This document shows positions 38,672 through 52,215 of a DNA stretch of 64,000 nucleotides, piece by piece (position 1 is the stretch's first letter; every line of letters begins with the position of its first letter). The stretch is from Mobula hypostoma (Eukaryota): the NCBI RefSeq assembly GCF_963921235.1, contig NC_086097.1, forward strand, positions 192,450,001-192,514,000, in the 5' to 3' direction. The position numbers and the translations under genes were made by a program. The notes beneath the pieces are model-generated. The model was not told the origin of the DNA. It ran no database searches and saw only the letters and a list, made by a program, of their open reading frames with translations.

Positions 38672-38968
38672 TATAGGCCACAGTTTAAGAATAAGGGGTA
38701 GATAATTTAGAAGGGAGTTGAGGAAAAACTTTTTCACACAGAGGGTTGTGGTTCTGTGGAATGCTCTGCCTCAGAAGGCAGTGGAAGACAATTCTCTGGA
38801 TTCTTTCAAAAAAGAGTTAGATAGAGCTCTTAAAGATAGCGGAGTGAAGGGATATGGGGAGAAGGTAGGAAAAGGGTACTGATTGTGGATGATCAGCCAT
38901 GATCACAGTGAATGGTGCTGCTGGCTCGAAGGGCTGAATGGCCTACTCCTGCACCTATTGTCTATTGT
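38672..38968 (+). mobile_element. CR1 LINE 3' end
   Basis: Similar to 24900-25200; (ctattgt)n tail. Confidence 0.85.
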
Positions 38969-41900
38969 CTTCCACCTTTTTATGTATCTCACTATTTTCG
39001 GTAATCAAATCCCTCCATTCCATTCGTTCTTATTCAATGTGACCAAGTTAAGACTGTTTACAAATTTGTACAACTTTATTTACTGGCTTTACATTCTCTT
39101 TTTAAGTCTTCATGGTTTTTGATGTTGACTCTGGCCCTATAAGTCTCAAGGTGTCAGATTAGACACTAGCAAGGAATCTTTCTGCTAATACGTGACTAAC
39201 CTATCATGTAACTGGATGGCCTATTCAAGAGTAACACTGGGAGTATTTAATTTTGAGATGATAACTTGGTCAGCAAAATTGAAGTGTACATGTGATTTGA
39301 ACACTGGAAGTGCCATATCTTAGTCAGACCAATATAATCATCTAGAGCTTAGAAAGAGTGAGCTGAGGCTTAAATGGAGAAAAGAAAGAAAGGCTGTTTA
39401 AAGGGAACAGATTGAAAGAGTGAGAAAGGGAGACTTGGGTTGGAAGTAGTGGGCGAGAAAGACTGAGGCAGTTAACATTGCTCTTCAGCCCAATTATGAG
39501 GCAGTTTAGCCATCCATTAAGTTAATTGCTTAAAGTACTAGGAAAACATGCCGGTAAAGACAGGTAATAATTTAGAGTCATAGCCTTTGGGATTTAAAAT
39601 AAAGAGCCCTACTGATATGGCTTTGGGATTTGTTTTCTAAATACAGGTTGATAGAAATTTCTTGAGTTTGCATTGTGGTAATTACAGTCACGTTGTGCAG
39701 CTCCAGGCTAACTCCACAGTGACTGTGACTGATTACATGCCGCAATTGAAGTCATCTGATTGAGCAGAGCAGTAAAATGAAGGACTTCAATATGAATGAA
39801 CTGATGCTGTTGATTTCTGTTGTTTGTCCTCAGCAATGTTATAATCAAGTTAAGTCTGAGGCATATAAGGCAGAAAAACAATCCAGTTTCAGTGAAAATG
39901 GACTAAAACCCTCACAGTAACCACATGGTAGGACAGACCCTAAAGAATGAAATTAATTGCTAAATTGTTCCTTTTTAGAATTGACATGTGTGCTGAGGTA
40001 CAATGAAAAATGTCTTGCATACAGCCCATAACAATCAATTCACAATTAACAGAATATTATCATTTATTGATAGGGGAATTACACACATGCTTCAGTGAGC
40101 TACGGCAGAGGAGAAACTATAACTGAAGAGCTGCTTACAAAATTGATCCCCTTTTTTTAAGCAAGGATGCTAATGCATTGGGAACAATTCAGAAACTGCT
40201 TACTAGTTAATCCTTAAAGTGCTGCTGTCTTGGGGGCGGGGGGGTGGATATGTTCTGTGGAGTATAGAATGAGAGAGGACTTGACTGAAACATGTAAAAT
40301 TCTGAGGAGTCTTTACAAGGTAAATGTGCCATGAACATTTCTGCTTGTGGGAAAAGCTAGAATTAGTGACTAAAAATAAACGTTTGAACATTTTTAAGAC
40401 TGAGCTAGACAGATTAATGATGAGACAGAGATAAGCAATTATCACTGATGGATATTAATGCACATATTAATTTAAATTCTGATCAACATTATCTTATTAA
40501 ATGGCAGAGTATGTCCAAGTGGGCAAGCAGTCTACACAACTCCTAATTCATGTGTTCATATGTTGGCATGTCCATACGTGGGTGAAGATAATGCTCCACT
40601 CAAAGGAATAATATTTTAACAAACAGAGTTGATATGACTTTGTAGTGTAATATGAAGCTATCAAAATTTAATTCTGTTTAGATTTAGAAAGCAACATTGA
40701 TTATTTAAAGTTAATTGTACATGGATTCTTCTGTTTTGCTTTTGAATATCAGAGGTAGAAGTAGCAGTTCTGAGTTGTGACATTTAATTTGATATTCTGG
40801 CAACATACTACACTAAAGATTGTAGTTGGCATTACGGTTTATATAAGTTTTAATTTTACAGTAATAAAAATAATGCATTATAAAAAAAACTAAATTACAA
40901 TAAGATATATAGTTAATTAAGTAGTTCAAAAAGAGAGCATTTGCCATGCACAAACAGCACAGGTCTTGCTAGACAGCTGACTTGACAGAGCAAAATTATT
41001 TTATTTCAGACTGAAATGCACATACATACATTACCAACAACAATTTGTCATCCGATTTCACTGAAATTAAATTAAAATGCTCGAGTTGAAAAACTGCAAT
41101 GTTATTCTTTCTTTGAAATGGTATACTAATGGATTTTTGTGGGGGAAATTGCATGTTGTAAGACAGGAAATCAGCAATTATTTTTATAATTAAATAAAGC
41201 TTTCAAGTGGGTCATTCAGCAGAAGAGTCAGAAGTGACAGACTCAAGGCCTCTCTGTCAATCTGTGTCTAATTTTTCTCTGCGACGGTAAGGGAATGTGA
41301 TGCAAAGGTTAGGTGGCGTTCAAGTTCAAATTCAAGTTTAGTTATCATCCATCCATACAAGAATACAGTTGAACAAAACAGTATTCCTTTGTGACCAAGG
41401 TGCAAACCATACACAGCACATCACAGCACATTCTAGCAAAAATACAGTCACACAAAAAAAATATATAATATGGAGTCCAAGCCCATGAATGACATGTCCC
41501 ACAAATTGACGGTATAGTTCCCGGCTGTCCGTAGACGAATGCACACACGCTTTCTAACTTGTGAATCTATCAATTGAACACTGGAGGGCAGCACCAACTG
41601 GAGATACCAGCCCCCAACCAAGCATGGCCACTGTGCTATAGTGCCTCTGGCGACTGCTCTCCTAAACTGCAGCAGCAAGCAACCATGCAGCCTGAGGCCT
41701 AGTTCTCACTACAGCTGAGGCTATGCAGCCCCCCTACTGTCTGTCATGCCAAGAAACAAGGGAAACAGGCCTGCGCATCGTGCATTATCCATGTCCAATA
41801 GGGTCTAGCAATTGCAAGAGAAACATATGAAAAAAAACACCTGCTGATACACTATGCACTTGGTTCACACACCAACTCCAATGCCTTCCGGCAGCAGGTC

Positions 41901-41989
41901 CAGCTTCTCCACCAACGAGCTTCTCACTGATGTGGCTGACCTGCCATATCCAATATTCATAAAGTCCAGTGTTGTCTTGCAATCAGGAA

Positions 41990-42765
41990 AAAAAGATGCT
42001 TAAGGAAGCCAGAAACACTTTTGGTTGACCCCCCAGATGTAAGAGCATGCCACCATCTTAAATACTTGTTACTTTCCTCACTTCCATCACTTGTAACATG
42101 TGACTTGACTGCACCTATACCATAAACCAAGATGTTGTGGGAGAGCTTCATTCAATGATGTGGATCATAATGTGTGAGTATAGTGTTTGACACCACCATT
42201 TCCTTTGCCTTTTGGAAATCCAGCTCACACTGCTTTGTCCATTCCGTATCTTCCCGCTCTGTAGTAATCAGTCTGAGGAATGGGGCACAGTAGCTAGGTT
42301 TGTCAGGACTTGTTATAGCAATTGACAAATCATAAAAAGGGACATATAACATTACTTAAATTTTCTCAACACACTTGTGTAAATTGCTGTGTGTCCACGA
42401 TGTGACCACAGTAAGTGATACTTTGTTTATAGAATTCACACCTGTTGCATTATGTTCTGATCCCACAATCTTCTAATCCCTTTAATGCCATCTTGAGAAT
42501 TTGGAGATGTTCCTTGTCATCCTCACCAGTAAGAATGATGCCATCCAAATAGCAGAGTGCCTGGGCAGCCTTGCAGCACCTGGTCCACAGCTCTCTGCCA
42601 GAGCGCAAGTGCAGATGTTACTCCAAAAATACGCCTATTACAGTGATAAGTTGAGAAACATTTTGGACACATTTTCCATCTCCATTTGCAAGCAGTCCTT
42701 TGTGCTGAAGTGTTCCTCTCCAGAAATATTTGCAAAGATATCCTCCATCCTGAGCAGAGGGTATC
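41990..42765 (-). mobile_element. Ty3/Gypsy pol remnant (same family as 30716-32070)
   Basis: FGVTSALALWQRAVDQVLQGCPGT (42523-42735); EWTKQCELDFQKAKEMV...LTHYDP (42152-42352); YGIGAV.SH...DGSE. Confidence 0.82.
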
Positions 42766-44554
42766 GTTCCGTTCGTGGTTATCCCTCGAGGTCGAGGATG
42801 ATGGTCTTCATTCTGAAGAAGTGGCCCACAGACCGAAGACGCCTGTGCATGTATTTGTTTTATGTGTACTTAATGTTGCACTCCAAGAAGCGCACGATAC
42901 TTCACAAATCAATCAACTGATCCCAATGGCATGGAAACCACGACGATTGGAGCTGATGGGTACCAATCTACATTTAGTACTGGATTGGCTATTTCATTTG
43001 CTTAAAAATACTGCTTGATTTATTCAGTATATATCATTCAGTTATCTGTTGTGGAATGTATCCAGCCATTTTTGCTTTTTTAAAATTTATTATATTATCA
43101 CTCAATACTCAGTTTATGAACCTGTGAAACATTTGCTTTCTGCTTTTTTTCTTGCCTTGACTATCTCTCTCCTCTTGCAAGTTAAAAAATGAGCTGTGCT
43201 TCAACAGGTAGGTAGTTGTCTCAGGTTCATTTTAAAACTACCTCGTCATCATTTTTATAGAGTCATAGAAAAGTACAGTGTAGAAACAAGCCCTTCAGTC
43301 CATCTGGTCTATGCAAAAATCATTTAAACTGCCTACTCCCATCAACCTGCTCCGAGACCAGAGTCCTCCATAGCCCTAAGATCCATGTACCTATCCAAAC
43401 TTCACTTAAGTGTTGAAATCGAGCTCACATGCACCACCTGTGCTGGCAGCTCACTCTACACTCTCAGAATCCTCTGAGTGCAGAAGTTTCCCCTAGTGTT
43501 CCCCTTAAACTTTTCACCTTTCACTCTTAAACCTGACCTCTGGTTGTAGTCCCACCCATCCTCTGTGGAAAAAGCCTGCTTGTATTTACTTTATCTATAC
43601 CCCTCATAATTTTGTGCACAGTACCACCATCAAATCTCACAATATTCTATGTTCTAAGGAATAAAGTCCTCACTTATTCAATCTTTCCTTATAATACAGG
43701 GCCTCCAAACCTGGCAACATCCTTGTAAATTTTCTCTGTATACTTTCAACCTTATTTCCATTTTTCCTGTACGTAGGTGACCAAAACTGTACAAAATACT
43801 CCAAATTAGGACTCATCAATGTCTTAATCAACTTCAACATAACATCCCGTTTCCTGTACTCAGTACATCAATTTATGAAGGCCAACATTCCAAAAGCTCT
43901 CTTTCCGATCTTATCTACCTGTGACACTACTTCCAATGAATTCCAGACCTGTATTCTCATATTACTTTGTTCTACCACACTCCTTGGTGCCTTGCCTTTC
44001 ACTATGTAAAACCAATCCTGGTCAGACCTACTGAAGTGCATCACCTCTCACTTATCTGCATTAAATTCCATCTGCCATTTTTTCAGTCTATATTTCCCAC
44101 TGATCCAAATCCCTCTGCAAGCCACGATAGCCTTCTTTGCTGTCCACTACACCCCCAATCTTGGAGTCATGTGTGAATTTGCTGATCCAATTAATAACAT
44201 TATCATCCAGATCATTGATATAGATGACGAACAACAACAGACTTGGCACCAATCCCTGCAGCACACCACCAGTCACAGACTTGCAGTCAGAGAGGCAACC
44301 CTCTACTACCACTCCCTGGCTTCTCCCACAAAGCCAATGTCTAATCCAATCCACTACCTTATCATGAATGCCAAACAACTGAACCCTGTTTGACCAACCT
44401 CTCATGTGGGATCTTGTCAAATGCCTTGTTAAAGTCCATGTAAATAACATTCACTACCTTGCCTTCATCCACTTTCCTGGTAACTTCCTCGAAAAACTCG
44501 CAATAGGTTCGATAGGTGCATTTAATGTCAGAGAAATGTATACAATATACATCC

Positions 44555-47326
44555 ATTTCCTTCTTTATAATCTTTTTATTACTTTTCCAAAATTATAAAC
44601 AGAATAACAATATTGATACAGAGAGATTGGAATAATCTTATTGTTGATAAACATGTACAAAAAAGATTTCAAGTAATACAGGTAATAGACTTTCAAACTC
44701 TTAATATAATTAATCATAGAAAAAAAAGAAATAAAAAGAAAAAAAATACAAAGAAAAGCCCCAAAGAAACAAAAAAAAAGAAACTAAATACTAAACCCCA
44801 AAAAAAGAAAACAGAACAAAACAAGGCTGGACAAATATCTTAAATCCAACACGTTCAATAACGTCGTCAACTCCGGTCCTCTATTCATATATTTTAAGTT
44901 AATAAGAAGGATTCGGAAAGGTCAAATTACATCATATGAAAATGTTGAGTAAATGGTTTCCAAGTCTCTTCAAATTTAACCGAAGGATCAAAAATGTCAC
45001 TCCTAATTTTTTTCTAAATTTAAACATGATATAGTTTGGGAAAACCATTGAAATGTGGTAGGAGGGTTGGTCTCCTTCCAGTTCAATAAAATGGATCTTC
45101 TGGCCATTAAAGTAACAAATGCAATCATCCAACAGGCTGAAGAGGATAAAAATCTATGTTCTATCATTGGCAAACCAAAAACTGCTGTAATAGGATGGAG
45201 TTGTAAGTCAAAATGCAAAACTGTTGAGATAATATCAAAAATATCTTTCCAGAAAATTTCCAAAAGAGGACAGGACCAAAACACATGAGTTACAGAAGCC
45301 ACCTCAGAGTGACATCTGTCACAAATAGGGTTTATATGGGAATAAAAACGGGCTAATTTATCTTTAGACATATGAGCCCTATGCACTACTTTAAATTGTA
45401 TTAATATATGTTTGGCACATATAGAGAAAGAACTAACTAATTGAAATACAAATGTATTTTTATCCCATTTCTCTATAGGTAGGCAAAGTTGAAGTTCCCT
45501 TTCCCATTCATTTTTAATTTTATCAGATATACCTGGCTATAATTTCATAATTATATCATAGATAGATGCTATTAATCCCTTCTGAAAAGGATTTAAACCT
45601 AAAATTTTATCGATGATATCAGTAAGGTATGAAATCGGGAAGGTAGGCAACGTGGTATTTAAAAAGTTTCTTATTTGTAAGTATCTTAATAATTGGGATC
45701 TGGGCAAATTAAATTTATTAGATAACTGTTCAAAAGACATGAAACAGTTATCCAGAAATAAGTCACAAAAACATGTTGTACCTTTCATTTTCCTTATCAA
45801 AAAGGCTTGATCCATAACTGAGCATTGAAAAAAATTATATATAATAGGGCTTGATAATATAAACTTGTTCAAACCAAAAAATTTACAAATCCTCTTCAGA
45901 AGGGAATAATAGCATCTATCTATGATATAATTATGAAATTATAGCCACGTATATCTGATAAAATTTAAAATGAATGGGAAAGGGAATTTCAACTTTGCCT
46001 ACCTATAGAGAAATGGGATAAACTTTTTCAATTAGTCAGTACTTCCTCTATATGTGCTAAACATACATTAATACAATTTAATGTATTGCATAGGGCCCAT
46101 ATGTCTAAAGATAAATTAGCCCCTTTTTATTCCCATATAAACCCTATTTGTGACAGATGTCACTCTGAGGTGGCTTCTTTAACTCATATGTTTTGGTCCT
46201 GTCCTCTTTTGGAAAAATATTGGAAAGATATTTTTGATATTATCTCAACAGTTCTGTGTTTTGATTTACACCCCCATCCTATTATGGCAATTTTTGGATT
46301 GCCAATGGTAGAAAATAGATTTTTATCATCTTCAGCCTGTCAGATGATTGCATTGGTTACTTTAATGGCCAGAAGATCCATTTTACTGAACCGGAAGGAG
46401 ACCAATCCTCCTACTATATTCCAATGGTTTTCCCAAACTATGTTTATATATTATGCTTAAATTTAGAAAAAATTAGAAGTGATATTTTTGATCCTTCAGT
46501 TAAATTTGAAGAGACTTGGAAACCATTTATTCAACATTTTCATATGACGTAATTTGACCTTTCCAAATCCTTCTTATTAACTTAAAATATATGAATAGAG
46601 GAGCAGAGTTGAGGACATTATTAAACGTGTTCGATTTAAAATAATGGTCTAGCCTTGTTTTGTTCCGTTTGCCTTTTTGGGTTTAGTATTTAGGTTTTTT
46701 TTGTTTCTTTTTGAGAGTTTTCTTTGTATTTTTTTTTTCCTTTTTCTTTTTTCTCTATGATTAATTACATTGTGAGTTTGGAAGTCTGTGTTATTTAAAA
46801 CCTTTTCTGTATATGCTTAGATAACAATAAGATTATTCCAATTTATCTTTATCAACATTGTTTATAACTTTGGAAAATTAATAAAAAGATTTAAAAAGAA
46901 AGAAAAAAATTATGAAATTGAAACCAAATTTATAATGTATGTTTAATTATTAGATTAACTATTTGTTTATTCAATTTAGATAATACAAAAGGAAGTGAAG
47001 TCCCTAAAATGGAAGCCAAAGAAAACCCATGTACAGAGTAACCTTCAAAAATTTCCCAATATAGACTTGGATTTATATTCCAATCTTGTGTCCAAAATAT
47101 TAATATCAAATATTAATTTCCCAGTAATAGAATCTTAGATTAGGCATTGCTAAACCACCATCTTTCTTGGACTTCTGTAAATATGTTTTACTTAACCTGG
47201 GATTTTTATTCTGCCATATATAAGAGGAAATTTTAGAATCGATAGTATCAAGAAAAGATTTAGGAATTAAAATTGGTATCGCTTGGAATAGATATAAACA
47301 TTTAGGTAAATAAAGATTTAGGTAAA
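44555..47326 (-). mobile_element. L1/Tx1-like LINE 3' part, 13-bp TSD
   Basis: ORFs 47106-47330, 45537-45872 and 45003-45386 (CDRC...HVFWSC); TSD acaatatacatcc at 44542-44554 and 47327-47339. Confidence 0.9.
45890..46908 (+). mobile_element. Second 5'-truncated copy of the same L1 family inserted antisense into the first
   Basis: ORF 46086-46460 is paralogous to 45003-45386; ends aataaaaagatttaaaaagaaagaaaaaaa. Confidence 0.88.
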
Positions 47327-47647
47327 ACAATATACATCCTGAAATTCTTTTTCTTCTATAAGATTAGTTAGACATGACCAACCACTCATGAGGCCATGCT
47401 GGCTGTCCTTAATCAGTCAATGTCTATCCAAATACTTGTATTTTTGGTCCCTTAGAATACCTTCCAATAACTTTCCCACAAATGACATCAGGCTCACCAG
47501 CATGTAATTTCCTGGTTTATGTTTAGAGCCTTTGTTAAACAATTGAACAACATTGGCTATCCTCCAATCCTCTAGTACCTCTCCTGTCTCTAAGGATGTT
47601 TTAAATATCTCTGCTAGGGCCCTGGCAATTTCTGCACTTGCCTCCTG

Positions 47648-47885
47648 TGGTTTTGTAATTCCAGAAACTAATGGAAAGAAAACCTCAAGAGCCCAGGAAA
47701 ACATATGTACTTAGTTTTACTTTTAGTGAGGTGTTGGTGTATGATGTGATGGTGTAATAACCTATGCCATTCACATACTTCTTACATATAACCCATAATG
47801 AATTATGTAAACAACAACGAATGATTATTCAAACAATACATTTACAATATTACTCAGATATTACTGAAATATTAATACTTTACAG
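47648..47885. mobile_element. Possible Gypsy LTR fragment
   Basis: TG...TACA-bounded short repeat-like segment; recognised from memory only. Confidence 0.3.
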
Positions 47886-49689
47886 TTATTACCTCTCAAA
47901 CATCAGGCTCTTGAACCAAAGGTAATCTTTGTAGAAGAAACATGGCTTATTTAGATTTCATTAATCAGATAGTGATTGCTGACTAAGCAATGCAAACCAT
48001 AGAAACTGAACACACAGAGTAAATGTATTTATTATTGTTGTATTTTTATTGTTCTCAGCTCAACTTGGTAAAGCCTAAGGTTCTGATATAGCCAAACCCA
48101 CCCATTTCTCAATTGCTAGGAACTTTTGGACTATTTTAGCGGTGTTACTATTGGGACAATGTTCATGTTTCAAAGTCTTTCAGTTTCCTCTTTTAGCTCA
48201 GCATATTTCTGGTATTTTTGTATTTGCACAATTGGTTCTCTTTTACATATTTATTGTTTGTTTGCCCATCCTATTGGGGGCTGTTTTCAGTTGATTCCAT
48301 TGTGTTTTGTGTATTTACTGTGAATGCCTACGAGAAAATGAACCGTATGGTTGTATATAGTGACATATATGTACTTTGATAATAAAATTTACTTTGAACT
48401 TTGAAAGTCATTCCTGGAAATGTTCCACTAAAACCTTTTTATGTTCTCTGCTTGGCCTTTATTAGACCATTAGTTACCAGATACTCTACTGTGGCTGTGG
48501 CCTAACCAGTGTTACACCAAGCCCCTATTCATAAATCTCAGTATCTCGTATGTTTCACTAACCACTTTCCCTACATGCACTTCCATTTTCAAGGATGCAT
48601 GTACATGTACACCCAGCTCACTCGTTCTCTGTGCACATTTTAGATTTCTTCCATTCAAGACATTTTGTTTCATAAGTGTTTTGCCAAATGTAGCCTGGGG
48701 AAAAATACACACTCAGGACAACAAATACTTTTTTGGGTTTTAATTCCTTTATCTGTTTTAGATACTTAAGTGCCAGAAGAGGGTCTCAAGACAAAACGAA
48801 CGAATTTACAACCAGTTCTTGCCATTACAATCTCAGTTTGACTTTCGATCCACACCCTTGTGTATGGACAGAATTGCGTATGCAGTATAAAAAATACCAG
48901 AACTAATACGGTACTAATACGGTAATGGCAATCCTGAAGGAACACAATACAAACAACATTAGAACCCCACCCACCCTGCACCTTATACATAACAGCGAAA
49001 GATGTAAGTGAATACATCTCATCTAAGACGTACATACGTGCTGAACTTCCGAACAGAGACTAAACATTCACGTTACGCAGTTACATGCATAATCAGTCCT
49101 GATACAATAAAGTTAGACAAAAGGTACACTTTGGCACAACATTTACAAGGTATAGCCTGGTAGTTAAATTACAGGAAGACTGACCTACTTGGATGGTGAG
49201 GAACTTTGCATAAGCCACACGATCCTGCGTCGATGCCTTTACTCATGAAAATCTAAAGCATCCACATGTAAAATATATCAAATTACCGATAATCTTGATT
49301 CCCCAACAAGCATAAACAAATTCACATGGATATCATCAATTAATGCTCACCTTTCCTTACCATGCCCAGTCTCGGGGAGGAACTCAATTCCAATGCCCCA
49401 CCAGCATCTTCAGCAGAAAACAAAATGGTCTTCCCACTATCCCACGTCTGTGTAATGACATCACCGTCTCCCTCAAAGGCACAGATAGCTATTCTAGCAT
49501 GACACGGATGGATGTCTAAGCACACTTTTAACGATACTGAATAAGATCCGATGGTCACCCAGTTACGCAAAATTGATAGCTGACAACAGAAGCATAAACA
49601 GGAGGTTGCCAGCAAATGGATGTCAAATCTGAATGGCTAAGAAATGTCAGACAATCTACAACTATAAAGTGATCTAGGATGACTATCTT

Positions 49690-49830
49690 TCATTCTTCAG
49701 TCCTGATGAAGGGTTCCAGCCTGAAACATCGACTCATCGTTTCTGACTGATGCTGCCCGACCTGTTGAGTTCATCCAGCGTACTGAAAGTGTTGCTTTGA
49801 TCTTTTACAGCATCTGCAGATTATTTTGAG
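49690..49830 (+). mobile_element. PLE pLTR fragment with near-intact hammerhead (49699-49734; GUC changed to AUC)
   Basis: agtcctgatgaagggttccagcctgaaacatcgact followed by gatgctgcccgacctg...cagcatctgcaga. Confidence 0.82.
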
Positions 49831-49834
49831 TAAA

Positions 49835-50872
49835 GAAGGGGACTTAGTACACAGTGCTGAGGGGCTCCTGTGTTGAGAGTTAGAGGGGTGGAGGAGAGGG
49901 AGCCCACTCTTATCACCTGCCAGCGATCTGACAGGAAGTCCAGGATCCAGCAGCACAAGGCCGAGGTCTCTAAGCTTCCTCTCAAGCCTGGATGGAACTA
50001 TGGTGTTGAATGCTGAACTATAGTCCAAGAACAGCCTTCTCACATAAGCATCCTTCTTCTCCAGATGTGTAAAGATGGTTGTAGAGCAGTGGCTATTGCA
50101 TTGTCTGTTAATCAGTTGTGTCAGTAGGCAAATTGTAGGGGGTCCAGTCTGGGTGGTAGCAAGCTGCAGATGTAGACTTTGACCAGCCTCTCAAAGCATT
50201 TGCTTATTATTGAGGTGTGTGCGACAGGACGCCAGTCATTCAGGCATGTTACCTTGGTCTTTTGGTGCAGGGACCAATGATAGATAATTTGAAGCAGGAG
50301 GGCACTTTACACTGGGAGAGGGAGAGATTAAAAAAGTCTGTAAACACACCTGCCAGTACTCGCCCTGGATGCCATCTGGTCCCACAGCCTTGCGACTGTC
50401 CACTTGTTGGAAACCTCTGCGTACCTCAGCCTCAGAGATGACCAGGTTGCAGGTTGTAGCGGTGGCTTTCCTCGGAGGCTCAGAGTTAGCGATATCGAAC
50501 TGAGCATAAAAGCGATTGAGCTCATCTGAGAGAGAGATTGTGAAATTGGCGGCACCACAACGTTCAACTGTGAAGTCTGCGATGGTATGCAGCCCTCGCC
50601 ACAAGTCACGTGTGCTATTTGTTGTAAATCTTGACTCAATCTTGTCCCTGTATTGTTGTTTTGCAGCCTTGATAGCTTTGCACAGATTGTAGCTGCTTTT
50701 CCTGAGCTCCTACTGATTGCCGGTGATGTAAGCTCGATGTCGCGTGGTTAAGTGCTGCTCGCACTGAACTATTGATAGAGGGTTTCTGGTTCGGGAAGAC
50801 CCTGACCAACTTCTGGGGGACAACACTGTTGATGCACTTCCAGATGAAGCACGGATGTTGTTCCTCCTCTCC
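49835..50872 (-). mobile_element. Rex1/Babar-like LINE ORF2 fragment
   Basis: RLFLDYSSAFNTIVPSRL (49771-50043); MWRGLHTIADF...LSDELNRFYAQFD...KAVGPDGI (50236-50604). Confidence 0.85.
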
Positions 50873-51734
50873 TCAAAGCTGTTCTGCATTTTCCTCCGAG
50901 GCATGTTTATCCCTCAGTACTTGTTGCCTTGTGTCTAACTCAGTTAAATCAGCCTCCATTCTAATGTGTATGGATGTAGTATGGGATGCCTTACTAGTGG
51001 CTACAGAACGTGCTTCACATGTGTTAGGCACGGTCGTCAACTTTATACGTAGACACAGGTTGTTCTCTGTCTTCATAAATATTTTCAAATCCCCCCAGAG
51101 GAGTGATTGTATAATTCCTCTCTTAGTTTTGGCTTCAAGGTCCCACCTCCCAGCTGAACTTATTTTGTCTTTCAAGTGCACAAACAAGACAAAACCACAA
51201 CAATTTCAATTCAGCTTTTTAACAATGAGAGCAACATTTCAATTCTTCAGTCTTTTCAATGGAACCAAGGATCAAACACTTCAGGCAAACACCAGTGAAC
51301 AACTTTCCAGTCCCACCCATTTGGACACGATTGACTACTCAAAACTGTGTATCAGATCCAAAACACATAGCAAGAATTAACAAAAGGCCATTACTTTCCA
51401 CAAACTGCCCCAGGTTGGTGCTTCTAGTTTCTTAGACACATCTGAGCTGGTGTTCATTTAGTATAACTGTCAAAGTCCTTACTGACAAAATGTTGCGGCA
51501 AAACTAATCCAAAATGAAAACAACTGCTGCTAGTCCACAACCACCACAGGGTTGGTATACTTTCACGACACACCCTCAGCTCCAATGAAGTTATTGTTCC
51601 AAAGAGCTGAATCCTTTACTTCAGCCCATTATTAGTAATTAGCAAATGTACAATCTTGAAGTGTAATAAGTGGTCAGCAAAGATTTGACCTTCACCGGTC
51701 TCAAGCCACAAACTGCCATGAAATAAGCAAGAAT

Positions 51735-52215
51735 AAGCAAGATTTACCAGGATGTTGCTGAGTCTTCAGGAGTTGAGTTACAGGGAAAGATTAAACAGGT
51801 TAGGACTTTATTCCATGGAGCGTAGAAGAATGAGGGGAGATTTGATAGAGGTTTACAAAATTATGAAGGGTATAGACAGAGTAAATATGAATAGGCTCTT
51901 TCCACTTAGATTAGGAGAGATAAATATGAGAAGACATGGCTTTAGGGTGAAAAGGGAAAGGTTTAGGGGGAACATTTGGGGGAACTTCATTCAGAGAGTG
52001 GTGGGAGTGTGGAATGAGCTGCCATCTGACGTGGTAAATGTGGGCTCACTCTTAAGTTTTAAGAATAAATTGGATGGATACATGGATGGGAGGGGTCTGG
52101 AGGGTTATGGACTGGGAGCAGGTCAATGGGACTAGCAGAATGAAGTTTTGGCACAGACTAGAAGGGCTGAATGGCCTGCTTTCTGTGCTGTAGTGTTCTA
52201 TGGTTTTTATGGTTA
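51735..52215 (+). mobile_element. CR1 LINE 3' end
   Basis: ORF 51752-52135 (LSYRERLNRLGLYSMERRRMRGDLIEVYKIMKG). Confidence 0.92.

Larger units (their letters stand above)
43255..47645 (-). mobile_element. CR1 LINE RT/3' region split by nested insertions (43255-44500 and about 47355-47645)
   Basis: EFFEEVTRKVDEGK..V.YMDFNKAFDKIPH on the left continues into EDWRIANVV.LF.KGSK..PGNY on the right. Confidence 0.88.

Noticed and set aside
48760..49685. Reversed (non-complemented) sequence artefact
   Set aside because: GpC is not depleted, as it would be if CpG-poor DNA had been reversed.
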